Assembly (NCBI GenBank): GCA_016839445.1
Contig: JAEOUG010000119.1
Span: forward strand, 1-13,514
Length of the DNA: 13,514 nt
Direction: 5' to 3'
From: Candidatus Thorarchaeota archaeon
Lineage (GTDB): Archaea > Asgardarchaeota > Thorarchaeia > Thorarchaeales > Thorarchaeaceae
In this document: positions 1 to 8,400 of the stretch, piece after piece
How the letters are laid out: every line of letters begins with the position of its first letter
How positions within the stretch are numbered: position 1 is the stretch's first letter
Notes under the pieces: model-generated
Told to the model about the DNA's origin: nothing
Database searches by the model: none
Seen by the model: only the letters and a program-made list of their open reading frames with translations
Translations under genes and position numbers: made by a program

Positions 1-149
1 CCTTCCGGCAGGTGCAGTACCTGGTGCTGAGGGCCCAGCGGTATTCATCGTATGACCTGGTGGACCTGCGGCTCTCAGCCATCAACCTCTACGCAGGCCA
101 GGAGACCCAGGTGGAGGACTTCGAGAGCGGGGACGGGACGCTGGATGGA
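1..149 (+). repeat. Constant-region repeat copy 1 (cut by window edge)
   Basis: Aligns without gaps to 1480-1628 with 16 mismatches in 149 nt by manual count; the first 43 nt are identical. Confidence 0.97.
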
Positions 150-893
150 TCATTTGGGAGTGTTGACGACCAGGCGGAACAGAAAACCGATGGTACTCTG
201 TCAACTGCTACTGATTCCATAGAAATCTATTGGACTGGTTGGTGGCCCACAGCGCACTTTGAAGTGCACAAGGCAATCGACGATGAAACGTCGCTGGATT
301 TCCACCTATGTGTTGATATTCTTGGGTCAGCGTCCATACTTGAGATTGACTACACACTGTACGGATATGAGGAACTGAGTGAGGAAGAGGCCGAACAGGT
401 TACTGATGAGATCGAGCAGAGTGGCGGTATTCCTCTCGGTGAGGTGGTATCGACCATGGCCCAATTTCTCACGCTCTATTGGCTAGGATTGGAGGTCTTT
501 GCTAGGATATGCACACCAGCGACGGAAACATTCTTCTGGGTAGCTCTCGGAGGCTTCATTGCATGCTGTTTCATGTACTTCGCATTCTTGGTTTGGAGCG
601 TTCAGCAGTCTGATGCTCCACGATGGCTCGCCGCTCTCACCTTCCTTACTTCCGCCATTGTGTTTCTGTGGCGGAGACACCAAAACAGCAATCTTGCCTC
701 AGCTATAGTCGAGAAGTGTCCACTGACAACTAGGATTGGCCACATGTTCAGTGACGTATGGGGGCTCTCGGCGTTTCGAGACAAGTGGGACAACGTCCTT
801 GCACGAACTCACTATGGCCTTGCGCTGGTGAGTCTCGTTTTGTGCGTCGCAGCCTTTTTCTTCTTCTCTGCAATCATGACTGGAGTGCTATGA
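3..893 (+). CDS. Cassette 1: 5'-partial polymorphic membrane protein (constant repeat-encoded segment, YWTGWWP domain, variable ~4-TM C-terminus)
   Basis: Frame is open from the window edge (TTC CGG CAG GTG...) to TGA 891-893, so the GTG at 12 is probably internal. The first 49 codons are shared with cassette 2. Then come YWTGWWP (228-248), FHLCVDILG (300-326), an acidic stretch and four hydrophobic helices. Confidence 0.8.
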   Translation, partial: FRQVQYLVLRAQRYSSYDLVDLRLSAINLYAGQETQVEDFESGDGTLDGSFGSVDDQAEQKTDGTLSTATDSIEIYWTGWWPTAHFEVHKAIDDETSLDFHLCVDILGSASILEIDYTLYGYEELSEEEAEQVTDEIEQSGGIPLGEVVSTMAQFLTLYWLGLEVFARICTPATETFFWVALGGFIACCFMYFAFLVWSVQQSDAPRWLAALTFLTSAIVFLWRRHQNSNLASAIVEKCPLTTRIGHMFSDVWGLSAFRDKWDNVLARTHYGLALVSLVLCVAAFFFFSAIMTGVL

Positions 894-953
894 CCCATGC
901 CTGAGACAACCGACACCATGCTGGCCGCAAGTGACCTGCTTCTGAAAACAAGA

Positions 954-959
954 AGGAGG
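954..959 (+). promoter_or_regulatory. Shine-Dalgarno AGGAGG for the partner gene at 968
   Basis: AGGAGG lies 8 nt upstream of GTG 968. Confidence 0.75.
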
Positions 960-967
960 CCTTTGGA

Positions 968-1279
968 GTGATTCTCGAAGTCACTGTGATCTTGGTCGTC
1001 ATAACAGAGGCTCTGCTCTTGTGGTTTCTGAAACGAGTCCGCAAGACCAGAGGCCTCACAGATTCATCCTGGTACTCGAGGAATGTCTGCAGTATGTTTC
1101 GGTCTGTCCTCTATCATGCACTCGCAGGCACCGCCGTGTGGTGTGGCTGCGTGCTCTGGCCGGTTCTCCTCATCCCGCAGTATGGCCTTTCGTTCTTGTT
1201 GGGAGTCCTGTGGTTGCTTCCAATAGCTTCAGTCGGGGGTGCACTAGATGGCTGGGACTTCGCCCGCCGAAAGGAGTAG
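968..1279 (+). CDS. Small 3-TM membrane protein, candidate cognate partner/immunity protein of cassette 1
   Basis: 103 aa, GTG start with strong SD, three hydrophobic segments, basic loop after TM1 (KRVRKTR), ends RRKE. Function is inferred from position only. Confidence 0.72.
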   Translation: MILEVTVILVVITEALLLWFLKRVRKTRGLTDSSWYSRNVCSMFRSVLYHALAGTAVWCGCVLWPVLLIPQYGLSFLLGVLWLLPIASVGGALDGWDFARRKE

Positions 1280-2279
1280 TCCTGCCTGCCAGATCGAGGC
1301 CACAGAAGCCCCTCTTCGGAGCGTTCTAGGTCGCTTCACGGCCAATGTGGGTAGCTCTTGGGTACTCACAAGTCGCTGTCGAACTGACAGGATCTACCGG
1401 CACGCAGGCCGCAACAACCACAAAATCAAGGACTCTGGAGGGACCCTTGCCTCAGGGAGCCTGGGAGAGGTGGCCAACCCCTTCCGGCAGGTGCAGTACC
1501 TGGTGCTGAGGGCCCAGCGGTACTCCGCCTACGACCTGGTGGACCTCAGGCTCTCCGCCATCAACCTCTACGCGGGCCAGGAGACCGAGGTGGAGAGCTT
1601 TGAGAGCGGAGACGGGACGGTGGAGGGAGAGACCGGAGCAGCAGAAGGGGAAGTGGACAACCATCTTTCTGATGCCAGTAGTATGATGGTGTTGTACTGG
1701 ACAGGATGGTGGCCGCAGCTCCATTTCGTGGCGTCATCGGAATCCAGAGGTACATTGTTCCATCTAAAGGTCGATCTCCTTGGTAACTCAGAGATCGTCC
1801 AGGCGGACACGTTTGGAGCAGAAAGCCAGGACTTCGAGAATGCGCTACTCTTCGGAGAGTGGGCATTTGTCGTGGGCCTGCAGCTATTTGGTCTGTATCT
1901 TGTCTGCGCTGCGGCAGAGAGAATACCTGCAACTGGTTGGTGGGGAGTAGCAGCAGTCATACTGACGATGGTTCTCATCGCGGCCTACGTATGGATCACG
2001 GCATGTAGACTCGTTGAGAATGGGATCAAGAGTGCTGGGGGCATGTCCTTCTGGTTTTTGCAGCTCTCAGTTGCTATGATTTGTGTTGCTGCTGGTGTCA
2101 AGAGAGTGGGAAGTGTGGCGGCTTCTGCGATCATGTACTTCCTCAAACTGATAATGCATGTCCCTGAGGGTGTGGAAATCAAGAAGGGGGGAATCTGGAC
2201 TGCTCTCGTCTTCGTAACGATGGCTGCGGTCTTCTTCTTCTACTATGGGCATTTTTATGGACTCAGCACGAAGGTGTGA
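1248..2279 (+). CDS. Cassette 2: probable orphan C-terminal module (homology begins ~1420), constant segment plus YWTGWWP domain plus variable 4-5 TM C-terminus
   Basis: 343-aa open frame. KIKDS...GSLGEVANPFRQVQYLVLRAQRY...FESGDGT is shared with the other copies; YWTGWWP 1695-1715; FHLKVDLLG 1758-1784. The first ~57 codons match nothing in the window, so the true start, or whether it is translated at all, is uncertain. A GGGGGTG does lie 6 nt before ATG 1248. Confidence 0.75.
   Translation: MAGTSPAERSSPACQIEATEAPLRSVLGRFTANVGSSWVLTSRCRTDRIYRHAGRNNHKIKDSGGTLASGSLGEVANPFRQVQYLVLRAQRYSAYDLVDLRLSAINLYAGQETEVESFESGDGTVEGETGAAEGEVDNHLSDASSMMVLYWTGWWPQLHFVASSESRGTLFHLKVDLLGNSEIVQADTFGAESQDFENALLFGEWAFVVGLQLFGLYLVCAAAERIPATGWWGVAAVILTMVLIAAYVWITACRLVENGIKSAGGMSFWFLQLSVAMICVAAGVKRVGSVAASAIMYFLKLIMHVPEGVEIKKGGIWTALVFVTMAAVFFFYYGHFYGLSTKV
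1420..1628 (+). repeat. Constant-region repeat copy 2 (overlaps both other copies)
   Basis: 1420-1497 matches 2986-3063, including an exact 30-mer GGGAGCCTGGGAGAGGTGGCCAACCCCTTC at 1455-1484 and 3021-3050. 1480-1628 matches 1-149. Confidence 0.97.
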
Positions 2280-2292
2280 CGCTATGATTGAT

Positions 2293-2298
2293 GAGGTG
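2293..2298 (+). promoter_or_regulatory. Archaeal-type Shine-Dalgarno GAGGTG for the partner gene at 2307
   Basis: GAGGTG lies 8 nt upstream of GTG 2307. Confidence 0.7.
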
Positions 2299-2306
2299 GT
2301 GAGAGA

Positions 2307-2714
2307 GTGCTGCAAGCGATCGTGCCCTTGATTTCTCTGCTAGTGGGCGTTGCCCTGATGCTGGCTTCCCAACTCTACATCGATGCTGTTGTTGCTGTAG
2401 TGCAGAACAAGGAAATCAAAGGACCGGCGGTAACTCAAGGCAAGGGTCGGTCCCCCATGACCGGAGAGACCTTCTCGGGCGCCTCGTTTGGGTTCTATGC
2501 ACGTAGCAGAGCGTGGTGGTACGTATCCTGGACAGTCATGGTTGGCTCGGGTCTCATTCTTACAGAAGTGACCATCTTCGTCTTGATGATGGAGTTCCTG
2601 ACGATTGTCCCGATGACCGAGTGGCTTCTGGGCCTCATTCTCCCAACATTCCTCGCAGTCATCGTGCTTGAATCAGCCATCAGCTCATTGAGAGAGCTCA
2701 GGCGTCATGAGTGA
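2307..2714 (+). CDS. Small 3-TM membrane protein, candidate cognate partner/immunity protein of cassette 2
   Basis: 135 aa, GTG start with SD, 27 nt after the cassette 2 stop, three hydrophobic segments, ends RRHE. Confidence 0.78.
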   Translation: MLQAIVPLISLLVGVALMLASQLYIDAVVAVVQNKEIKGPAVTQGKGRSPMTGETFSGASFGFYARSRAWWYVSWTVMVGSGLILTEVTIFVLMMEFLTIVPMTEWLLGLILPTFLAVIVLESAISSLRELRRHE

Positions 2715-2834
2715 TGCAGGATGATGAACTTCGACCGATACAGGGTGGTCTCTCTCGGTCCATTCCTCGCAGGGCAGGGTCCAGTAGGAGTGCGATGATG
2801 TCAATAGGAAGATGGCAGTGTTGACAAGTAATTC

Positions 2835-3065
2835 GTGTTGGAGGGAAATCTAAGTAGACTTGCCTTCAAGGGGGGAATACCCGTGATTGCGCAGTACCAC
2901 ACAAAGGTCCGCCTTTTGCCCAGCGACATCTACGGGAGTTTCTTCCGGATCGGTGAGCTGAAGGTGGAGGATGGTGGGGTGATCTACAAGATCAAGGACA
3001 GTGAGAGTACCATCGCCAGTGGGAGCCTGGGAGAGGTGGCCAACCCCTTCAGGCAGGCGCAGTGA
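2835..3065 (+). pseudogene. Truncated constant-region fragment (cassette 3 remnant)
   Basis: Encodes YKIKDSESTIASGSLGEVANPFRQAQ-stop, homologous to HKIKDSGGTLASGSLGEVANPFRQVQY. TGA 3063-3065 replaces the Tyr codon and no homology follows. The 5' boundary is uncertain. Confidence 0.75.
2986..3063 (+). repeat. Constant-region repeat copy 3 (truncated)
   Basis: Ungapped match to 1420-1497 with a 30-nt exact core. Confidence 0.95.
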
Positions 3066-3162
3066 GTCGTATTCAGTTCGTGAAGGTGCTCCACACGCGC
3101 TTGACATTGCACCGAATACGATATATGCCGAGGTGGGAATGGATGTGGGCAAGGGAAGAACT

Positions 3163-3396
3163 ATGGGCAAGTCCGAGATAGATGAACGGGGCAGGGTCAC
3201 CATACCAAAAGAAGTCAGAGAGAAGGCTGGTCTGAAGGCAGGCGACAAGCTCTTGCTGACTGCTGACAACAAGCGAGTCATCATGGAGAAGGTGGTCAAC
3301 CTTGACAGATTCATTCAGGAACTAAAAGGCTGTATCACAGTCCAGGGCGATTTGGACCCTTTGAGGCTCAAAGAGATCTGGAGAACTGCAGAATGA
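3163..3396 (+). CDS. vapB: AbrB/MazE/SpoVT-family DNA-binding antitoxin (VapB-like)
   Basis: MGKSEIDERGRVTIPKEVREKAGLKAGDKL is the swapped-hairpin signature; ATGA overlap with the downstream PIN gene. Start could alternatively be ATG 3139. Confidence 0.9.
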   Translation: MGKSEIDERGRVTIPKEVREKAGLKAGDKLLLTADNKRVIMEKVVNLDRFIQELKGCITVQGDLDPLRLKEIWRTAE

Positions 3397-3797
3397 TGAT
3401 CGTGGACTCGAACATATGGGCGTACTATTTCGACAAGAGCCTCGGTGAACACGAGAAGGTGGTCAAGCCGCTAGAAACCGCATTGAAGAAAGAACGAGTT
3501 GCTGTGAATGCGACTATTGTCGTGGAAACCCTTCACTATCTCGTGAAGCGACTCGGACCTATTGTGGGTGGCGACAAGGGCAGGGTGTTCACAGGACTGG
3601 GATTCCCAATCTATCCCCTAGATGTCGAAACGCTTCGAGTGACGAACCAGAAGCTGTGTGACTTCACCCACCTTGGAATTGGAGGACGAGACGCATCGAT
3701 TCTGGCCACGATGGAGCTCGAAAACCTAGCGCAGATCATGACTCATGACCAGGCATTCAAGAGGATCCCAGAACTTGACGTAATTGATCCAGTCTAA
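3393..3797 (+). CDS. vapC: PIN-domain ribonuclease toxin, VapC family
   Basis: 134 aa with PIN acidic residues in IVDSN, IVVE, GRDASI and THDQAF; translationally coupled to the AbrB gene. Confidence 0.92.
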   Translation: MMIVDSNIWAYYFDKSLGEHEKVVKPLETALKKERVAVNATIVVETLHYLVKRLGPIVGGDKGRVFTGLGFPIYPLDVETLRVTNQKLCDFTHLGIGGRDASILATMELENLAQIMTHDQAFKRIPELDVIDPV

Positions 3798-3815
3798 GGG
3801 AATCAGTGCCGGGAA

Positions 3816-5333
3816 TTAGATCAAGCTGGAGAATCCAATCCTACCTCTGACGAGGTTCCGCAGAGTCCCAACAAGCTGGTCTCGATGCACCCGGACCTGT
3901 TCCATCGAGTCTCTATCACGTATCGTGATTGTCCCATTTTCGAGCGTATCATAGTCAATAGTGACACAGAAGGGTGTGCCGACCTCATCCTGGCGTCGGT
4001 ACCTTCTGCCAATCGACCCGCTCTGGTCGAATTGCGTGATCAGTCCTGATTCGACTATTCCTTCGAAAATCTCTGTCGCCGGCCCCATCAATTCAGGCTT
4101 CCCCATCAACGGAAACACTGCCACTTGGATAGGAGCTACCTCCGGTGGAAACTTCAACCAATTCGTGTCGCGCTCCTCCCCCTCCTGGAAGGAGTTGTCG
4201 ATCAGGCAGTAGAGGGGCCTCTCAATCCCGAACGCAATCTCCAGGACATTGGGCACGATCGGCTTCTTGTCTACCTTGACATGCAGGTTCTCCTTGGAGA
4301 ACTCCTGGTGCCGACCAAGATCATAATTGCCTCTGTCGTGGACACCGCAGCACTCAACCCAACCGAAGCTCTCTGTGTGCACCTCGACGTCCCAGGCATC
4401 CTTAGCGTAGTGTGCCCTCTCGTCCATGAGGTGCTGTCTCAGTCGCATCTTCTGTACGTCGAACCCCATCTTCCGGAAGATGTCGAAGGCCAAGTAGACA
4501 CACCATGCGTAGGCAGGCTTCTGGAAGTAGCCCTTCTTCACAGCCTCGCTCATCTTCACATTGAGCGGCTTCTCATCTCCCTTCTCCTGTAGCTGTATCG
4601 GCAGAAGGGGGAGTTTCTCATCTTCGATATCCTCGAACTGCGGCCAGTCTATCTCATCCTGCTCAAGCAAGAAGATCTGACCCTCTGTCTGGGTGAACTC
4701 ACGGAGACGCAACATCCCCTGACGTGGAGAGATCTCATTACGATAGGCCTTGCCAATCTGGAACACCTGAATGGGCAGTTTGTCCCGGAAGAATGTAACG
4801 AAGCGCTTGAAGAGCAAGTAGGTGCCTGTGGCGGTCTCAGGTCGCAGGTACGCATCTTGGTCTAGCCCCAGCCTGGTCTTCAACATGAGGTTATAGGTCT
4901 CCACGGGGCCGAGGGCACCCTTGCAGGAGGGGCACACCACGCCGAGGTCTCCCAACATCTTCGTGAGACCCTCAACAGTGTGGTCCGTTATCTTGGCGTC
5001 AGGCGACTGCTCAAGTATCAGGTTGTCTGCGCGATAGACCTGGCCGCACTTGGTGCAGGCTGTGACAGGATCAATGAACCCATCGAGATGGCCCGAAGCC
5101 TTCCAGACCATCTCTGGGGAGACAGTCGGACACTCAACCTCCCAGAAACCGGCCTTGACAAAGGACGAGCGGATAGCGCTCTCAAGCCTGTTCTTCAGCA
5201 GTTTGCCCAGAGGACCCAAGTCATAGAATCCTGAGCTACCGCCATAAATCTCTGGAGAGGGCCCCCAATAGAAGCCCCTCTTCTTGCTGAGGCTAGCTAC
5301 TACTTCGCTGAAGTCCTTGTCTTCGGTAGTCAT
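3816..5333 (-). CDS. glyS: Glycine--tRNA ligase, archaeal/eukaryote-type homodimeric class II
   Basis: EIYGG..GFYDLGPLG, VWKASGHLDGF, YLRPETA, QIGKAYRNEISPRQG..RLREFTQ.E, ERAHYA, GSIGRRYRRQDEVGTPFCVTID anticodon-binding domain, CTKC/CPSC zinc ribbon. Confidence 0.98.
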   Translation of the reverse strand: MTTEDKDFSEVVASLSKKRGFYWGPSPEIYGGSSGFYDLGPLGKLLKNRLESAIRSSFVKAGFWEVECPTVSPEMVWKASGHLDGFIDPVTACTKCGQVYRADNLILEQSPDAKITDHTVEGLTKMLGDLGVVCPSCKGALGPVETYNLMLKTRLGLDQDAYLRPETATGTYLLFKRFVTFFRDKLPIQVFQIGKAYRNEISPRQGMLRLREFTQTEGQIFLLEQDEIDWPQFEDIEDEKLPLLPIQLQEKGDEKPLNVKMSEAVKKGYFQKPAYAWCVYLAFDIFRKMGFDVQKMRLRQHLMDERAHYAKDAWDVEVHTESFGWVECCGVHDRGNYDLGRHQEFSKENLHVKVDKKPIVPNVLEIAFGIERPLYCLIDNSFQEGEERDTNWLKFPPEVAPIQVAVFPLMGKPELMGPATEIFEGIVESGLITQFDQSGSIGRRYRRQDEVGTPFCVTIDYDTLENGTITIRDRDSMEQVRVHRDQLVGTLRNLVRGRIGFSSLI

Positions 5334-5489
5334 TGCCCAAAACCGTCAGCAAGCACTAGTTGGGCAGTCTTAAACGTATGGTCTTGCCTGCCAGCAGAGG
5401 ACGTCTATGTGGCAAGACGTACTCAAGCAGATTTATGTGAGGGAGCCGCCCAGGTTGGCATACCATCTAAGTAGGCATGGAGCGGAGGC

Positions 5490-8400
5490 ATGAGCGTGCG
5501 GACTAGTGGGAACATCCATTGGAAGGGTGTGATACTAGTCGCAATACTCCTCCTTCTCAACCTGGGACCTGTGCCTTCGGTCCAGCCAGGAGCAAGTCCT
5601 GATGATCTCTCTCCGCGGAATTCGTCGGAGGACGTAATCACCCCGGCCGCCGAACCCATCCAAATCTGGGAAACAGCGCTCGAGGGACTCCTTCCCTGTG
5701 CTATCTCAGCGGCCGACCTTACTGGTGATGGGAAGCTCGAGATGGTTCTGCGAACTGACGATGGGGTGCATTGCATCGATTCCTTGGGCCAGATTGTGTG
5801 GTCATATGACATGCAGAGCTACATTGAGGAGATGACATTTCCCATTGCCGACTTCAACAGAGACAACCTACTGGAAGTATTGGTCACAGATGTCAGCAGG
5901 GACGAGATCGTAATCCTTGACGGGCAGGGAAACGTGGTCTCGAGTACCCACTTCACGCAAGTCTGGGCAAACGCCCCATGCGTGCTGGATGTCAATGGCG
6001 ACTCGTGGCTAGAGGCCATTGTGGCAACCGGACAGCAGTTCACATGCATGGACTCACGGGGTTGGTTGCGGTGGGCAACCGAGATCGATGTCGGACCGTT
6101 TGAATCTGAGATAACGTCAAACATCTGTGCGGCGGACCTGGATCACGATGGCAGCGCGGAGATTATCGCGACCGTTGACAGTGGACACCTGGTCTGCCTA
6201 GACTCAGCGACTGGTGACCTAGTCTGGTATAGAGCCGTCACTGGAGTGAGCTCTATCTCAGCCATTACGGTGGCCGATATTGAAGGGAACGACAACCTTG
6301 AGATTCTGGTGTCTACCCTTGAGAGATATGTCTACTGCATTGATTCGGATGGCTTGATCTCCTGGTACTACAGACCGCCTTTGGCACTCATCGCACAGCC
6401 GTGTGTTGTTGACATCGACAACAGCGGAGACCAAGAAGTGCTGCTCTCTGGAAGTGGAGGGGGCGTCTACTGCTTGAGTTCCAGCGGGGCACTCGAATGG
6501 GCCTTCTCCACCTCCGCGGACCTTGGATCCCCGTCTGTTCTTGACGTGGATGGCAACGGTTACCTAGAGTGTATTGTCCCAGGGACTCGGAGCTATGTAC
6601 TAAGCCATCTCGGGGGCGCGAAGTGGACCATCGACTTTGGTGCCAGAGGATCGCCATGTGTCGCCGACATAGACCTTGATGGCAGAACAGAACTCGTCAT
6701 CTGCGACGAGGACACGGTCAGGTGCTACCGGATCAGCGAAACCCCTCAGAACCCAGGAGCGTATCCTTGGACGCCAAAGACTGCACAGGCAGAAATTCGT
6801 AGGAGAGGAGTCTATTCTGATGGCGATTCTGACTTACTGACTGATAACCACGAACGCCTTTCCGGGAGTTTCCCTGACTCATCTGATTCAGACATGGATT
6901 CCGTAGACGACTTCTCTGAGTTCGCTACATCAGGATGCCCTAGGGGCGGAGGGATTCTTTCTACTCCCCTGGGTATCTTGGACTGGGATTCCGGCGGCGG
7001 CGATGATGCCGATGCGTGCATAGCAGACATCGGGGGGGACGGACTTCAGGAGCTCGTAATGCGGTCTGACCGCGGCCGCATCACCGTTACAGATCGGCGC
7101 TTCATCGAGGAGTGGGAGTATGATCTGTTGATGCAAGACATCGGGCCAATCTGCGTTTTTGACGCTGAGGGTGATGGGCATCTTGAAACGGTCTTTGGTA
7201 GAGAAACAGGATGGATCACGTGTCTAGACCACAGCGGTGTTCTGAGTTGGCACATCTTTGTTGGGGGACGGTCAATCTATATGCCATGCGTCGTCGATCT
7301 CCAAGGCGACGGCCTCATGGAGATAGTCTGTGTGACGAGTCTGGGCGGTGTGGTATGTATTGACGGCGAGGGTGAGTTGCTCTGGAGCGATAGCATCGGT
7401 CACGAACCGACGGAGCCCGTAGCCGCAGACATAGACCTGGACGGAGATATCGAAATCCTTGTGGGCTCGGAAGATGGCGGGATTTTCTGTTTCAGCGATT
7501 CGGGGGAACTTGAGTGGAGCCGCACGAACGAAGACACATCTGTGAGGCTCTCGATTACAGAGGAACTGGGCGGCGACTTCAGAATCATGGCGGGCACAAG
7601 TTCGGGCCAGATTTGGTACATGGACAACACTGGAACCCCACTGTGGACATTCGAGGGAGACATACCCTGTTGTGCTCCCTGCGCTATCGATCTGAATCGC
7701 GACGAGGCTGCGGAACTATGTTTCAGTTCCGGGAGCAAGATCTGGTGTCTGGATTCATCGGGGATTCCGATCTGGAACTTCACGGCGGATTCATCTGTGG
7801 GTCCAACCGTGACGATTCTCGATGTCGACTGTGACGACACCATGGAGGTCCTCTTCGGCACAAGCGGAGGCTTTGTCTACTGCTTGGACGATGTGGGTTC
7901 TTTGGAGTGGATATTCAGGACCTCTGGAGGAGTCTGCAGCCTGACTGCAGGTGACACAGACGGCAACGGAATCTCTGACATATTGGCCGGGACCTCAACT
8001 GGTTCGTATCATACGTTCATTGTGTCAGGAGTAAGGCCGGAAGAGAGAACCTACGCGTGGCCCCCAATGAACTCCAGAGGTAACGGTTGGCGCTCCGGAT
8101 GGTTCGACGACCATGACGGAGACACCCTGACAACAGGATTCGAACTCTGCGCAGGTTCTAATCACACGAGCATGGATGGGGACACAGACTCCATAGATGA
8201 CAAGAACGAGTATCTGCAGTTGACCAATCCAATGAGGGATGATGTGCCTCCAGGGGAAATTGACGACCTCTCTCTTGCTTCTGTGAATGGAACAGTCGCC
8301 ACGATCTCGTGGACAGCGACAGGAGAGAACCAGTTGCTTGGAAGAGCGACATCCTACGTAGTCGTTTTTGCGCTGGTTCCTGAGGTACTCGCAAATGTGT

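Noticed and set aside
897-971. 24-codon ORF (MPETTDTML...) whose TGA overlaps GTG 968, possible frameshifted N-terminus of the partner gene
   Set aside because: GTG 968 has its own well-spaced AGGAGG and the peptide has no supporting features; it cannot be distinguished from chance.
1-1628. Repeat pair as a diversity-generating retroelement TR/VR
   Set aside because: Mismatches are not adenine-specific (T/C, G/C and C/G changes are common), most are synonymous, the repeat is the constant rather than the variable part, and no reverse transcriptase is in the window.
1-3063. CRISPR array, IS ends or integron attC sites
   Set aside because: Repeats are long, protein-coding, non-palindromic and ~1.5 kb apart; no transposase, integrase or cas gene is visible.
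3101-3127. TTGACA...ATATAT as a bacterial sigma70 promoter
   Set aside because: Spacing and -10 match are poor and the context is archaeal; ATATAT could be a weak TATA element but this is unsupported.
3001-3162. N-terminal extension of the AbrB ORF given in the ORF track
   Set aside because: It is an alternative-frame read through repeat copy 3; the AbrB domain begins at about 3163.
3393-5333. Functional link between VapC (often tRNA-cleaving) and the adjacent GlyRS
   Set aside because: The genes are convergent and adjacency is the only evidence.
5381-5418. 8-bp inverted repeat GTCTTGCC...GGCAAGAC in the glyS divergent intergenic region
   Set aside because: Short arms with a 22-nt spacer and no second copy noticed; it could be an operator but is not supportable.
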